A DNA stretch of 64,000 nt from Gammaproteobacteria bacterium (GCA_045561235.1 JBJKYB010000002.1:943025-1007024), one strand, 5' to 3'; counted from the first letter of the stretch, positions 19,398 to 29,742 are shown. A program made the numbers and translations. Notes: generated by a model not told the origin, from the letters alone.

Positions 19398-19815
19398 GAA
19401 GAGACTGGTCAAAGTATGTGTCTTCTTTTTTGCAGTTTCTAGTTTTAGTGCTTTGCTAATATACGCATTTAGCAAGAATTCAGTATATTTTTATACTCCT
19501 TCGCAAATAATAAAAAAAGAGGCACCAATAGATACTTTCATTAGAGTAGGAGGAATGGTTAAGAAAAACTCTTTCTTAAGAGAAAAAGATAGTTTAAAAG
19601 CTTCATTTGTTATTCATGATTTAAAACAAAACATAAATGTTATTTACGAAGGCATACTGCCCGATTTATTTGCAGAAGGTCAGGGTGTTGTAATGACTGG
19701 AAAACTAGTTAACCAAAATACCTTTATCGCAGATGAAGTTCTTGCAAAGCACGATGAAAATTATATGCCACCTGAAGTTGCAGATATGATGAAGAATAAA
19801 GTTGGAGATAATTAA
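19372..19815 (+). CDS. ccmE: Haem chaperone CcmE
   Basis: N-terminal anchor, OB-fold, and the haem-binding His motif LAKHDENYMPPE. Confidence 0.93.
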   Translation: MIKLTKTSKKRLVKVCVFFFAVSSFSALLIYAFSKNSVYFYTPSQIIKKEAPIDTFIRVGGMVKKNSFLREKDSLKASFVIHDLKQNINVIYEGILPDLFAEGQGVVMTGKLVNQNTFIADEVLAKHDENYMPPEVADMMKNKVGDN

Positions 19816-19820
19816 GAATA

Positions 19821-21773
19821 ATGATTAATGAATTAGGTAATATTTTCCTTAGCATTTCAGCAACACTTTCGCTGTGTATGTTTGGAATTATTTTTTTAAA
19901 AAATAGTTTAGCTTCAGATACAAGGCTACTTCTTTGTAGGAATTTTTCCTATATAACATCAGCTCTAATTGCAATTTCTTTTTTTGTGCTTGCCTTTGCT
20001 TTTTTAACTGATGATTTTTCACTTAGATATGTTGCTAATAATTCAAATATAAATTTAGAAAGTATATACAAATTTTCTGCTGTATGGGGAGCCCATGAAG
20101 GTTCTATATTACTATGGGTTTTTGTTATGTCGGTTTGGTGTTCTTTAATAGCAATATTTTCAAAAAATATGCCAAAAGCAATTGTTGCAGATATGTTATC
20201 AATCATGGGTCTTTTATTATTATTTTTTCTAATATTTATATTATTTAGTTCAAACCCATTTGATAGAATATTTCCTATTCCATCGAATGGAAGAGATCTT
20301 AATCCGCTTTTACAAGATCCGGGTTTGATCATACATCCTCCGATGTTATATATAGGCTACGTGGGTACGAGCGTTCCATTTGTTTTTGCTATAGCTATCT
20401 TACTTAATGAAAAAATAAAAATTGAATGGATTTCATGGTTGAGAAAATGGGTAATATCATCATGGATGTTTTTAACAGTTGGCATTTCTCTAGGAAGTTG
20501 GTGGGCATACCATGAATTAGGCTGGGGAGGTTGGTGGTTTTGGGATCCTGTCGAAAATGCGTCCTTTATGCCTTGGTTAGCAATAACAGCATTATTACAT
20601 TCTTTAATAGTTTCAGAAAAGAGGGGAATATTTATTAACTGGAGCATTTTATTATCCATACTAACATTTTCCTTAAGTCTTCTTGGTACATTCTTAGTCA
20701 GATCAGGAATTTTAGTTTCTGTACACGCATTTGCAAATGACCCAGAAAGAGGTCTATACATATTATTATTTTTAACGATAATTATTGGTTCATCTTTAAC
20801 ATTATATTTCTTAAAGTCAAAAAGCCTAATTTTTTACAAAGAATACTCTGTTTCATCAAAAGAATTTTTATTGTTGTTGAACAACTTATTCTTAACAATT
20901 ACAACATTTGCAATATTAATAGGAACTTTGTATCCGCTTGTAACAAGTTCCTTGAACTTGGGAAAAATTTCTGTTGGAGCACCTTATTTTAATTTTATAT
21001 TTGCAGCACTAACCCTTCCAATTGTTTTTCTTATGTCTCCAGCAATATTTAGTGCTTGGAGTAAATCAAACTACAAAAGACTAGTTAAAAAACTTGGTTT
21101 CATTTTATTTTATTCAATTATAATTGCATATGTATTTTTAAATATATACTACGACTCAGATATTTTTATAGTATGTCTAGCAATTGCATTGGCAATATTT
21201 ACTATTTTATCTTCTGTTTTAAAAATCTATCAAGTTTCAAAAATTTCTGATGGGAAAAAGATAATACAAAAGATATGTAATATACCTTCTTCGTCTTTAT
21301 CAAATTTATTATCACATATTGGAATTGGAGTCTTAATTATTGGAATCACAGTAAGTAATTATTATTCTATACATAAAGAAATAGTTATGAATAAAAATTC
21401 TGAAATTACAATTAAAGATGTTTCTATAAAATTTATTGATGTACAAACTAAACTGTCGAAAAACTATTCATCTCAAGTTGGTGTTTTTGATGCCTATCAA
21501 GATAATAATTATTTTATATCTTTTTTTCCTGAAAAGAGGACATACAATATTCAAAAAAATATCATGACAGAGGCTGCAATTGATTCAAATCTTTTTAGAG
21601 ATATATACGTAGCATTAGGCGAGAATATTGGCATAGATTCTTGGGTTGTCAGAATTTACTACAAACCCTATATCCAATTCTTATGGTACGGTGTTGGACT
21701 AATGATTTTAGGTGGTTTATTTGGTATATTTGGAAGAAATAAAATAGTAAAAAAACTTACGAATGTTACATAA
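19821..21773 (+). CDS. ccmF: Cytochrome c haem lyase subunit CcmF
   Basis: 650-aa polytopic protein with WWD motif WGGWWFWDPVENASFMPW. Confidence 0.95.
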   Translation: MINELGNIFLSISATLSLCMFGIIFLKNSLASDTRLLLCRNFSYITSALIAISFFVLAFAFLTDDFSLRYVANNSNINLESIYKFSAVWGAHEGSILLWVFVMSVWCSLIAIFSKNMPKAIVADMLSIMGLLLLFFLIFILFSSNPFDRIFPIPSNGRDLNPLLQDPGLIIHPPMLYIGYVGTSVPFVFAIAILLNEKIKIEWISWLRKWVISSWMFLTVGISLGSWWAYHELGWGGWWFWDPVENASFMPWLAITALLHSLIVSEKRGIFINWSILLSILTFSLSLLGTFLVRSGILVSVHAFANDPERGLYILLFLTIIIGSSLTLYFLKSKSLIFYKEYSVSSKEFLLLLNNLFLTITTFAILIGTLYPLVTSSLNLGKISVGAPYFNFIFAALTLPIVFLMSPAIFSAWSKSNYKRLVKKLGFILFYSIIIAYVFLNIYYDSDIFIVCLAIALAIFTILSSVLKIYQVSKISDGKKIIQKICNIPSSSLSNLLSHIGIGVLIIGITVSNYYSIHKEIVMNKNSEITIKDVSIKFIDVQTKLSKNYSSQVGVFDAYQDNNYFISFFPEKRTYNIQKNIMTEAAIDSNLFRDIYVALGENIGIDSWVVRIYYKPYIQFLWYGVGLMILGGLFGIFGRNKIVKKLTNVT

Positions 21774-22278
21774 ACTATCTGTTTTACCAATATTAATTTT
21801 TTTAGTAATTCTATATTTTTTATATAGTGGTCTTAGTAAAGATCCAACACTAATTCCATCACCTTTAATTGGTAAAATCACACCTTCTTTTACTTCTGTA
21901 ACCTTATTAGATAATCAAGAAATAAATAATAATGATTTATTGGGAGAAATTCACATTTTAAATGTATGGGGAAGTTGGTGCTATGCATGCAGCTTAGAGC
22001 ATCATCATTTAATTGATATATATTCAAGGGGCACAATTAATATATATGGATTAAACTATAAGGATAATAAAGATTCTGCTAAAGAATGGCTGAGAGAAAG
22101 AGGTAACCCATATAAAAAGAATATATATGACAGTAATGGCAATATTGCAATTGATTTTGGAGTATACGGCGCACCAGAAACCTTCTTAATAAATAAAGAT
22201 GGAATTATAATACATAAACATGTTGGGCCAATAGATGAAACTTATTACAATAAAATAATATTACCAAATTTAAGATAA
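21763..22278 (+). CDS. ccmG: Thiol:disulfide interchange protein CcmG/DsbE
   Basis: WGSWCYAC redox site and GVYGAPETFLI block, with an N-terminal anchor. Confidence 0.92.
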   Translation: MLHKLSVLPILIFLVILYFLYSGLSKDPTLIPSPLIGKITPSFTSVTLLDNQEINNNDLLGEIHILNVWGSWCYACSLEHHHLIDIYSRGTINIYGLNYKDNKDSAKEWLRERGNPYKKNIYDSNGNIAIDFGVYGAPETFLINKDGIIIHKHVGPIDETYYNKIILPNLR

Positions 22279-23183
22279 TGAAAAGATACTTTGCACTTAT
22301 AGTAGTTATATTTTTTTTACAAAATATTTCATATGCAATAGACGAAAATAAATATAATACAATTATTGAGAACCTCAGATGTCTAGTATGTCAAAATCAA
22401 TCGCTATCTGAATCTGATTCAAATCTCGCAAAAGATTTGAGACTTAAAGTGAAAACAATGCTTGGCTCAGGTAAGACTGAGGAGGAAATATATAAATTTA
22501 TGTCAGATAGATATACTGATTATGTTTTATATAATCCTCCTCTAAAAAAATCTACTTGGTTTTTATGGTATAGCCCATTTATAATTCTCATAATTTCAAT
22601 ATTTTATTTATATTTTAATTTTCATAAAAATAGAAAAAGCTATGTAAAAATTGATGAGAATGCAACTAAAAATTTTGTTAAGACTTCATTTTCAACTAAT
22701 ACTATAAATATAAAAAAAATATATTTAATTTTATTTTTATTTATTCCGTTTCTGACTCTCTCTCTATACTCTTATTCAAGTGAGTATGCAAGGTATAAGA
22801 TTTCATATTTCTTTCAATCAAAAGAGCCAATAATTGATATTACAGTTTCTGTGCATGAAAATATTTTATCTCAAATAGATGGCGATGAAGTCCTATTTGT
22901 CTATGCTAGAAATAGTAATGGTATGCGTGTTCCTCTCGCTATTGATATTTTTGATGTTATTAAATCTAAAAAAAACTATACTGTTAGATTAGATAACACA
23001 ATGAGTATGATTGATACACTCACTCTATCTTCAGCCAGAGAAATTATTGTTGAAGCTAGAATATCTAAACATAAAAAAGCTATGATAATGGCTGGTGATT
23101 TCATAGGGAGTTCAAATGTAATTAGTCTTAAGTCATCGAATTATGTTTTACTTAAAATTAATTCAATAGTTAGTGAGGAATAA
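22278..23183 (+). CDS. ccmH: Fused CcmH-CcmI-like cytochrome c maturation protein without a TPR region
   Basis: N-terminal CcmH motif LRCLVCQNQSL plus a TM, a short cytoplasmic loop, a second TM, then about 135 periplasmic aa. Their end (VLFVYARNSNGMRVPLAI..EARISKHKKAMIMAGDFIG) resembles the C-terminus of E. coli CcmH/CcmI as I recall it. Confidence 0.8.
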   Translation: MKRYFALIVVIFFLQNISYAIDENKYNTIIENLRCLVCQNQSLSESDSNLAKDLRLKVKTMLGSGKTEEEIYKFMSDRYTDYVLYNPPLKKSTWFLWYSPFIILIISIFYLYFNFHKNRKSYVKIDENATKNFVKTSFSTNTINIKKIYLILFLFIPFLTLSLYSYSSEYARYKISYFFQSKEPIIDITVSVHENILSQIDGDEVLFVYARNSNGMRVPLAIDIFDVIKSKKNYTVRLDNTMSMIDTLTLSSAREIIVEARISKHKKAMIMAGDFIGSSNVISLKSSNYVLLKINSIVSEE

Positions 23184-24427
23184 TGAATTACATATCTTTT
23201 TATATAGCTTATAAGTTTCTTAGATCGAAAAAAAGCAGTAGATTTACATCGATTATATCTAAATCATCAATTATAGGCATATCATTAGGTATAGCCGCAA
23301 TAATTGTTGTTATGTCAATTATGAATGGATTTCATAATGAAATGAGAAATAAAATACTAAGTATGGTGTCACACGTCATTATTACCGAAGAAAATTACAC
23401 TTTAAAAAATTGGGATAAACTTAAAAATAAAATTGATAAAAATAATCTAGTATATAGTTCAGCACCATACGTAGAAGGCCAAGCAATGATAAGTTTTGGA
23501 AATAATGTTCATGGTATTCAGGTGAAAGGTATAATTCCAGAATACGAAAAGAACGTTACTAGTCTTGAAAATAACATAATAGATGGGCAGCTAAATACAA
23601 TTGGTAATAAACCGTATCAAATTTCTATTGGAATTGATCTTGCAAAAAAAATGAGTCTTAAAATAGGAGATAAAATAACTTTGGTGATACCACGTGCTAA
23701 TTCAACAATGATTGGAATTGTTCCTAGAATAAAAAGATTTGAAGTTTCATCAATTTTTAATTTTGGAATGCAACAATATGACAAAAATTTAGTTTTTATT
23801 GATATTAAGGAAGCACAATTACTTTACGGGAAAGGAGCCGACGTTACAGGTCTTAGATTAAAACTTAATGATTTATTTTTAGCTCCAAGTATGTCTGAAA
23901 TTATAAAATTTAACTATACACCAAACTATATTGTCATTGATTGGACTATGATGAATAAAAACTTTTTTAATGCGCTTCAAATGGAAAAAACAATGCTTTT
24001 ACTATTAATGCTTTTAATAGTTTTGGTTGCTACATTTAATATAATATCTTCATTATTTATGGTTGTTTCGGAAAAAAAATCAGATATTGCTATTTTAAAA
24101 ACAATAGGGATGAATTCAAGAAATATAATGAAAATTTTTATATTACAAGGCACATTTCTAGGTACCGCAGGTATTATTCTTGGCTTAATCTTAGGATTAT
24201 TAATTTCATTTAATTTAGATTACATTGTTAAATTAATTGAGTATTTTTTAGGTCGAAGCATATTAGATTCAGATATTTATATGATAAGTTCAGTTCCAGC
24301 AAAAGTTGAGTTGTTAGATTTATTTTATGTTTCTATTGCATCGTTCTTACTTTCTGTACTAGCAACATTATACCCATCAATAAATGCTGCTAAAACCAAA
24401 CCAGCCGAGGCACTTAGAGGTAATTAA
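23183..24427 (+). CDS. lolC: Lipoprotein-releasing ABC permease, LolC/LolE family (single copy at this locus)
   Basis: 414 aa. MacB-like topology with a large periplasmic loop and C-terminal FtsX domain (ILKTIGM..). The ATG overlaps the ccmH stop (TAATG). Confidence 0.88.
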   Translation: MNYISFYIAYKFLRSKKSSRFTSIISKSSIIGISLGIAAIIVVMSIMNGFHNEMRNKILSMVSHVIITEENYTLKNWDKLKNKIDKNNLVYSSAPYVEGQAMISFGNNVHGIQVKGIIPEYEKNVTSLENNIIDGQLNTIGNKPYQISIGIDLAKKMSLKIGDKITLVIPRANSTMIGIVPRIKRFEVSSIFNFGMQQYDKNLVFIDIKEAQLLYGKGADVTGLRLKLNDLFLAPSMSEIIKFNYTPNYIVIDWTMMNKNFFNALQMEKTMLLLLMLLIVLVATFNIISSLFMVVSEKKSDIAILKTIGMNSRNIMKIFILQGTFLGTAGIILGLILGLLISFNLDYIVKLIEYFLGRSILDSDIYMISSVPAKVELLDLFYVSIASFLLSVLATLYPSINAAKTKPAEALRGN

Positions 24428-24428
24428 A

Positions 24429-25097
24429 ATGTTAAGTTGTAAAAATATAAATAAATCATATTCTGATGGAAATAATAAAATAAACGTTCTAAATAATATC
24501 AATCTAAATATTTTAGAAGGCGAAACATTGGCTATTATAGGTGCTTCCGGAAGTGGTAAAAGTACTTTACTTCATGTTTTATCCTCTCTGGATGCAGCTG
24601 ACTCTGGTAAAATTGAAATTGATGGAGAATTAATATCTAGTTTTGATGAAAATAGGTTATGTCAAATCAGGCTAAATAAGATTGGTTTTATTTACCAATT
24701 TCATCACTTAATAAATGAATTATCAGTAAAAGAAAATATTTCTTTACCTTTATTGATTGCAAATAAAAACAAATCCGAAATTGAAAAAATTACTGATGAG
24801 GTTATAGATCAAGTTGGAATGAAAAAGAGAAAGGATTTTCAGATAGATAAATTGTCTGGAGGGGAGAGGCAAAGAGTTGCAATAGCAAGATCAATTGTAC
24901 ACAATCCCTCAATTTTATTTGCTGATGAGCCAACAGGAAATCTTGATAAAAACAACGCAAATAATATTTTTTCATTACTTAGCGATTTAGTTAGTTATAA
25001 CAAATCAAGTTTGATAATGGCTACTCATGACCTAGAAATAGCATCTAAACTTAACGAAGTTTTAAAAATTGATGGTGGAAATTTAAAGAATATTTAA
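24429..25097 (+). CDS. lolD: Lipoprotein-releasing system ATPase LolD
   Basis: Walker A GASGSGKST, LSGGERQRVAIAR, Walker B ILFADEPTGNLD. ATG 24429 sits 1 nt after the lolC stop; the track start at 24384 lies inside lolC. Confidence 0.92.
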   Translation: MLSCKNINKSYSDGNNKINVLNNINLNILEGETLAIIGASGSGKSTLLHVLSSLDAADSGKIEIDGELISSFDENRLCQIRLNKIGFIYQFHHLINELSVKENISLPLLIANKNKSEIEKITDEVIDQVGMKKRKDFQIDKLSGGERQRVAIARSIVHNPSILFADEPTGNLDKNNANNIFSLLSDLVSYNKSSLIMATHDLEIASKLNEVLKIDGGNLKNI

Positions 25098-25606
25098 GAT
25101 GTGTTTTTTTTTCTTTTTGACCAGATTTTGAGAACATAATATCTCCAATATATTCTGATAATAATATAACTGATTATTGAGCCAACAGAAGCGAGTATTA
25201 TTGAGCCAATAAGCAAAGGTTGCCAGATATGAATTATGTTAGAAAGAATATCAATATTAGTTTCATTTACATCAACATGAATCTTGGAATCTATAAAAAT
25301 TTTTCCTACTTTGTAGGCAAAATAGAATATTGGAGCATAAGTAATTGGATTTGTTATCCAGGTTAATATTACAGCTATAGGAATATTTGCCGCAAAAGTG
25401 ATTGATAAAAAAGCCGCTATTATCATTTGCCCAGGTATTGGGAGAAATGCACAAAAAGCACCTATAGCAAAACCTCTAGATACTGATTTTTTGTTTATAT
25501 GCCATAAATTCGGTTGTAAAACTGCTGGCCCAAAAATCTTTAAAATTTTTTCTTCTTTTACCTTATCAAGTTTGGGAAATAATCTTTTGATTACATTTTT
25601 AATCAT
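25094..25606 (-). CDS. DUF2062-family membrane protein
   Basis: 170 aa. SVSRGFAIGAFCAFLPIPGQMIIAAFL..WITNPITYAPIFYFAYKVG matches the DUF2062 pattern. Its stop overlaps the lolD stop (TTAA). Confidence 0.7.
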   Translation of the reverse strand: MIKNVIKRLFPKLDKVKEEKILKIFGPAVLQPNLWHINKKSVSRGFAIGAFCAFLPIPGQMIIAAFLSITFAANIPIAVILTWITNPITYAPIFYFAYKVGKIFIDSKIHVDVNETNIDILSNIIHIWQPLLIGSIILASVGSIISYIIIRIYWRYYVLKIWSKRKKNTS

Positions 25607-25653
25607 TTCTGTAAAATAAGTGTTTTAATCATTAAAAATTAGTATATAAGATT

Positions 25654-27402
25654 TTGAAAGAAAGTAATCAAAAAAATGGTTGGGCAATATATAAAAGATT
25701 AGTAAAAATAGCACTCAAAAATAATGGCGCTCCTTTGTCTATAGCGATATTTGGAATGATTATTACGGCAATAAGCGATCCTGCTTTATCAGCAATTATG
25801 AAGCCTATTCTGGATGGTGGTTTTATAGAAAGGGATCAGTCAGTTATAAATTTATTACCTTTGGGATTATTTTCTATTTTTTTTATAAGGTCTATTGGCA
25901 TATTTCTTACAATATACTATATGGCTAAAGTAGGTAGATCACTTGTATATCGTTTAAGAGAAATGATGTTCGAGAAAATATTACATTTACCGATACATTT
26001 TTATGATAAATCCTCCTCAGGTGATCTAATGTCACGTATTTCACATAATGTAGAGTTATTATCATCTGTTGCAGCAAGAAGTTTAATAATATTAATAAGA
26101 GATACATTAACAATTATTGGATTATTAATTTGGATGTTTTATTTGAGCTGGGAGTTAACTTTATTTTTTATAACAGCTGCGCCATTTATAATATTACTTG
26201 TTAGTATATTGAATAAAAAATTTAGAAATTTAACTCATGACGCGCAGAATTCTGTGGGAAATATTATTCATGTCGCACAAGAAGTCATTCAGGGAAATAA
26301 AATAGTAAAAATTTTCAAAGGCTATGAGAAAGAAATAGGTAGATTTCAGAATACAAATAATTTTAATAAGAATAGTCACATGAAACTTGCTTTTACTGAG
26401 GGGATAAATAGTGCAGTTATTATGCTAATAGTTGGATCTTCATTGTCGGGAATAATACTATTATCAACGTTTGATTTTATTTTAGAAACTATCACGGTAG
26501 GATCATTTGTATCATTCATGTTTGCAATGTTTATGATTTTGGGACCTGCAAGGGGATTAGCAAGTATAAATGCAAGATTACAACAAGGAATTGCAGCTGG
26601 TGAAAATATTTTTGACCTTATTGATGAAAAGTCTGAACTTGATAACGGTCATATCGAAAATATTGATACGAGCAAAGATATTATATTTAGTGATGTATGC
26701 TTTAAATATGAAAGTTCAGAATCTTACGTCTTAAACAAAATTGATTTGACGATTGAATCAGGAAAATTTATTGCATTAGTAGGGATGTCAGGATGCGGGA
26801 AATCTACACTCGTTAATTTAATCCCTCGACTTTACAATGTAAGTTCCGGATCAATTAAAATAAATAATACAAATATTAATGATTTAAAAATGAGTTCCTT
26901 AAGAAATAATATAAGTTACGTTGGTCAAGATACAGTTTTATTCAATGATTCTATTAAAAATAATGTTACATATGGAAAAAAAAATATCCATGATAATAAA
27001 ATATATGATGCTTTAGAAAAATCGTATTCATTAGATTTTATAAATGAAATGTCTGATGGTATAGATACAGTTATTGGAGAGAATGGTGTATTATTATCAG
27101 GGGGCCAAAGACAAAGACTTGCTATAGCGAGAGCATTTTTAAAAGATTCGCATATTTTAATTTTTGATGAAGCAACATCTTCCTTAGATGCTGTTTCAGA
27201 AAAATTTATACAAAAAGCACTCGATAGTTTAAAAGAGGGAAGAACTACTATTGTAATTGCGCATAGATTATCTACTGTTGAAAATGCTAATAAAATTGTT
27301 GTTATGGAAAATGGTAATATTATAGAAATAGGTACACACAAAGATTTGATTGTTAAGGAAGGTGAATATCATAAACTTTATAACTCACAAGTGTTTAAAT
27401 AG
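25654..27402 (+). CDS. msbA: Lipid A export ABC transporter MsbA
   Basis: 582 aa. The N-terminus aligns with E. coli MsbA (..SDPALSAIMKPILDGGF). Walker A GMSGCGKST, LSGGQRQRLAIARA, ILIFDEATSSLD. TTG start; there is no in-frame ATG nearby. Confidence 0.9.
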   Translation: MKESNQKNGWAIYKRLVKIALKNNGAPLSIAIFGMIITAISDPALSAIMKPILDGGFIERDQSVINLLPLGLFSIFFIRSIGIFLTIYYMAKVGRSLVYRLREMMFEKILHLPIHFYDKSSSGDLMSRISHNVELLSSVAARSLIILIRDTLTIIGLLIWMFYLSWELTLFFITAAPFIILLVSILNKKFRNLTHDAQNSVGNIIHVAQEVIQGNKIVKIFKGYEKEIGRFQNTNNFNKNSHMKLAFTEGINSAVIMLIVGSSLSGIILLSTFDFILETITVGSFVSFMFAMFMILGPARGLASINARLQQGIAAGENIFDLIDEKSELDNGHIENIDTSKDIIFSDVCFKYESSESYVLNKIDLTIESGKFIALVGMSGCGKSTLVNLIPRLYNVSSGSIKINNTNINDLKMSSLRNNISYVGQDTVLFNDSIKNNVTYGKKNIHDNKIYDALEKSYSLDFINEMSDGIDTVIGENGVLLSGGQRQRLAIARAFLKDSHILIFDEATSSLDAVSEKFIQKALDSLKEGRTTIVIAHRLSTVENANKIVVMENGNIIEIGTHKDLIVKEGEYHKLYNSQVFK

Positions 27403-28400
27403 TGTCAAGTAAATCAAAATTACCAATTCTAAAAAAATTTTATATATATTCGCTAGAAAATATATATATTTTGAATATTTTACTTATACCACTCTCAATT
27501 ATTTATTTAGTAATAAATTTTATAAAAAAAAGCTTTTTTTTGAACAAAAAGAGAAATACTATTCCTGTAATTGTTGTGGGAAATTTAACTGTAGGTGGCA
27601 CCGGAAAAACCTCTTTGGTGATTTGGTTATGTAATTATTTAGATTCAAGAAAATATAATATAGGTGTAATATCTGGAGGATATAAGACAATTGATCCTAA
27701 GAAAATAGAAATAGTTAATGAAAGTTCAACGCCTGACAATGTTGGTGATGAAGCAATTTTAATCGCAAATAGAACAAATGCTGTTGTATGCAAGTCAAAA
27801 AATAGAAAAAAAGCATATGAGCATTTAGTAAAAAATTTTAATTTAGATATTATAATTTCAGATGATGGTCTTACTCACTATGGCCTCACAAGGGACATAA
27901 ATATTGTAATTGTTAAAGAAAATAAACCATTTGGAAATGGTTTACCGATACCGTCTGGTCCACTAAGAGAATTACCATATAATATAGAAAAATATGATAA
28001 TATTGTTTTTAACAAAAGTATAAATTCTGATTTGCCTGGCTTTTATTATGAAATATCTAAATTAATATCTTTTAATGATGCAAAAGAAAGAAATATATCA
28101 TCTTTTAAAAATACTAAAATACATTTAGTCACTGCTATAGCAAATCCTGATTTTTTAATAAGAAGTCTTGAAGACTTAAATATAGTTGTTATTCCACATA
28201 TTTATCCAGATCATGAACTTTTGAATCAAGATGACTTCTATTTTAAAGACGATCTTAAGGTTATTATGACTGAAAAAGATTTTGTTAAGTGCATAAATTT
28301 TAAGTTGAAGAATGTTTACTATATACCAACAAAAATTATTGTTGATAATGATATAAAAATAATGTTGAATGATAAAATCTCAAATCTATTAAGGATATAA
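27402..28400 (+). CDS. lpxK: Tetraacyldisaccharide 4'-kinase
   Basis: [17 protein letters not shown]-loop as in E. coli LpxK. GTG start overlaps the msbA stop. Confidence 0.9.
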   Translation: MSSKSKLPILKKFYIYSLENIYILNILLIPLSIIYLVINFIKKSFFLNKKRNTIPVIVVGNLTVGGTGKTSLVIWLCNYLDSRKYNIGVISGGYKTIDPKKIEIVNESSTPDNVGDEAILIANRTNAVVCKSKNRKKAYEHLVKNFNLDIIISDDGLTHYGLTRDINIVIVKENKPFGNGLPIPSGPLRELPYNIEKYDNIVFNKSINSDLPGFYYEISKLISFNDAKERNISSFKNTKIHLVTAIANPDFLIRSLEDLNIVVIPHIYPDHELLNQDDFYFKDDLKVIMTEKDFVKCINFKLKNVYYIPTKIIVDNDIKIMLNDKISNLLRI

Positions 28401-28402
28401 AA

Positions 28403-28612
28403 TTGATAAATAAAAGTCTCTTAAATATGCTGGTTTGTCCTGTAACAAAAGGAAAAGTTTATTATAACAAAGATTCAAATGAGCTCATTTCTTTGTCAGC
28501 AAGACTTGCCTTTAAAATTGAAGACGATATTCCAGTAATGCTTGAATCTGAAGCAAGACAAATAGATCATGAAGAGTACGAGAAATTTAAAAATTTATTC
28601 CTAAAAAAATAA
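28403..28612 (+). CDS. ycaR: Trm112/YcaR-family small protein (UPF0434)
   Basis: 69 aa. [27 protein letters not shown] parallels E. coli YcaR. TTG start. Confidence 0.85.
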   Translation: MINKSLLNMLVCPVTKGKVYYNKDSNELISLSARLAFKIEDDIPVMLESEARQIDHEEYEKFKNLFLKK

Positions 28613-28623
28613 GAGAACAGTAT

Positions 28624-29313
28624 ATGAAGTTTTATGTTGTTATTCCTGCAAGGTATGATTCCTCAAGATTTCCGGGAAAAGTTTTGACAGAGATAGGTTC
28701 AAAAACCATGCTCGAGCATGTTTTTGATAACGCAATGAAATCTAGTGCATCCAATGTTTTTATTGCAACAGATAGTAATAGAGTATTTCATGAAGCACAA
28801 AAGTTCACAAAAAACGTTTTTATGACATCGGATAATAATATAAACGGAACTGAAAGAATTGCTGAACTTTCTAAAATTTTAGACTGGCCTGATGAAACTT
28901 TAGTGATTAATTTACAAGCAGATATGCCGCAGTTGCAAAGTGATAATATTGATTTTTTAGCAGATAAAGCAAAAAATAATTCTGGACTATCAACGCTATA
29001 TTATGATCTTCAAAGCTCAGAATCGAAAATAGATACGAATACCGTAAAAATTTGTATAAATAATAATCATATTAGTTTTTGCAGGGAAGTTGGTTCAGCA
29101 GATAAAGGGGATATATTTAAACATATTGGTATATATGCTTATCACGTTAGAGATTTAAAGGGTTATATAAAGCTTAAGCAATCAAGTAATGAAAAAGATT
29201 TAAGTCTTGAACAGTATAGATTTGTGGATAATGGATATAACATAGCAGCTTATTTTGCTTTGAGTGATCCAGGTGCTAGCATAGATTCATTAGACAATTT
29301 AAATCAATTATAA
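28624..29313 (+). CDS. kdsB: 3-deoxy-manno-octulosonate cytidylyltransferase
   Basis: VIPARYDSSRFPGK N-terminus, NLQADMP block; follows lpxK-ycaR. Confidence 0.9.
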   Translation: MKFYVVIPARYDSSRFPGKVLTEIGSKTMLEHVFDNAMKSSASNVFIATDSNRVFHEAQKFTKNVFMTSDNNINGTERIAELSKILDWPDETLVINLQADMPQLQSDNIDFLADKAKNNSGLSTLYYDLQSSESKIDTNTVKICINNNHISFCREVGSADKGDIFKHIGIYAYHVRDLKGYIKLKQSSNEKDLSLEQYRFVDNGYNIAAYFALSDPGASIDSLDNLNQL

Positions 29314-29324
29314 GGTGTAAATTA

Positions 29325-29702
29325 TTGAATAAAATAAGAAAATCTTTATTAATTGTGGCTCATGGTAGTAGAAAAAAAGTTTCAAACATTGAGATTCATC
29401 AACTAGCTAACAATATTTCTATGAAGCTAAAAAGTTTCCCTATCGTGGAAGCGTGCTTTTTAGAAATAGCAGAACCTTCAATTCCTCAAGGCATAGAAAT
29501 ATGTGTGCAAAAAGGTGCTTCAGAAGTGCTTATAATGCCTTATTTTCTTGCTGCCGGCAGACATGTTATTGAGGATATTCCAAATATAGTAGATAATGAG
29601 AGAGTTAAGTATCCAGGTATCGCAATAACATCTTTGCCATATTTTGGTTCAAGTCCTGTCATTGTTGACATACTCAAGAGTCTAGCGGAAAATAACATAT
29701 AA
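29325..29702 (+). CDS. CbiX/SirB-type small sirohydrochlorin chelatase
   Basis: 125 aa. LIVAHGSR and PYFLAAGRH motifs. TTG start with AAGGTG 7 nt upstream. Confidence 0.75.
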   Translation: MNKIRKSLLIVAHGSRKKVSNIEIHQLANNISMKLKSFPIVEACFLEIAEPSIPQGIEICVQKGASEVLIMPYFLAAGRHVIEDIPNIVDNERVKYPGIAITSLPYFGSSPVIVDILKSLAENNI

Positions 29703-29742
29703 GAAGGTCACTAAATCACATTACATGGAGTAGGAGATAAAA

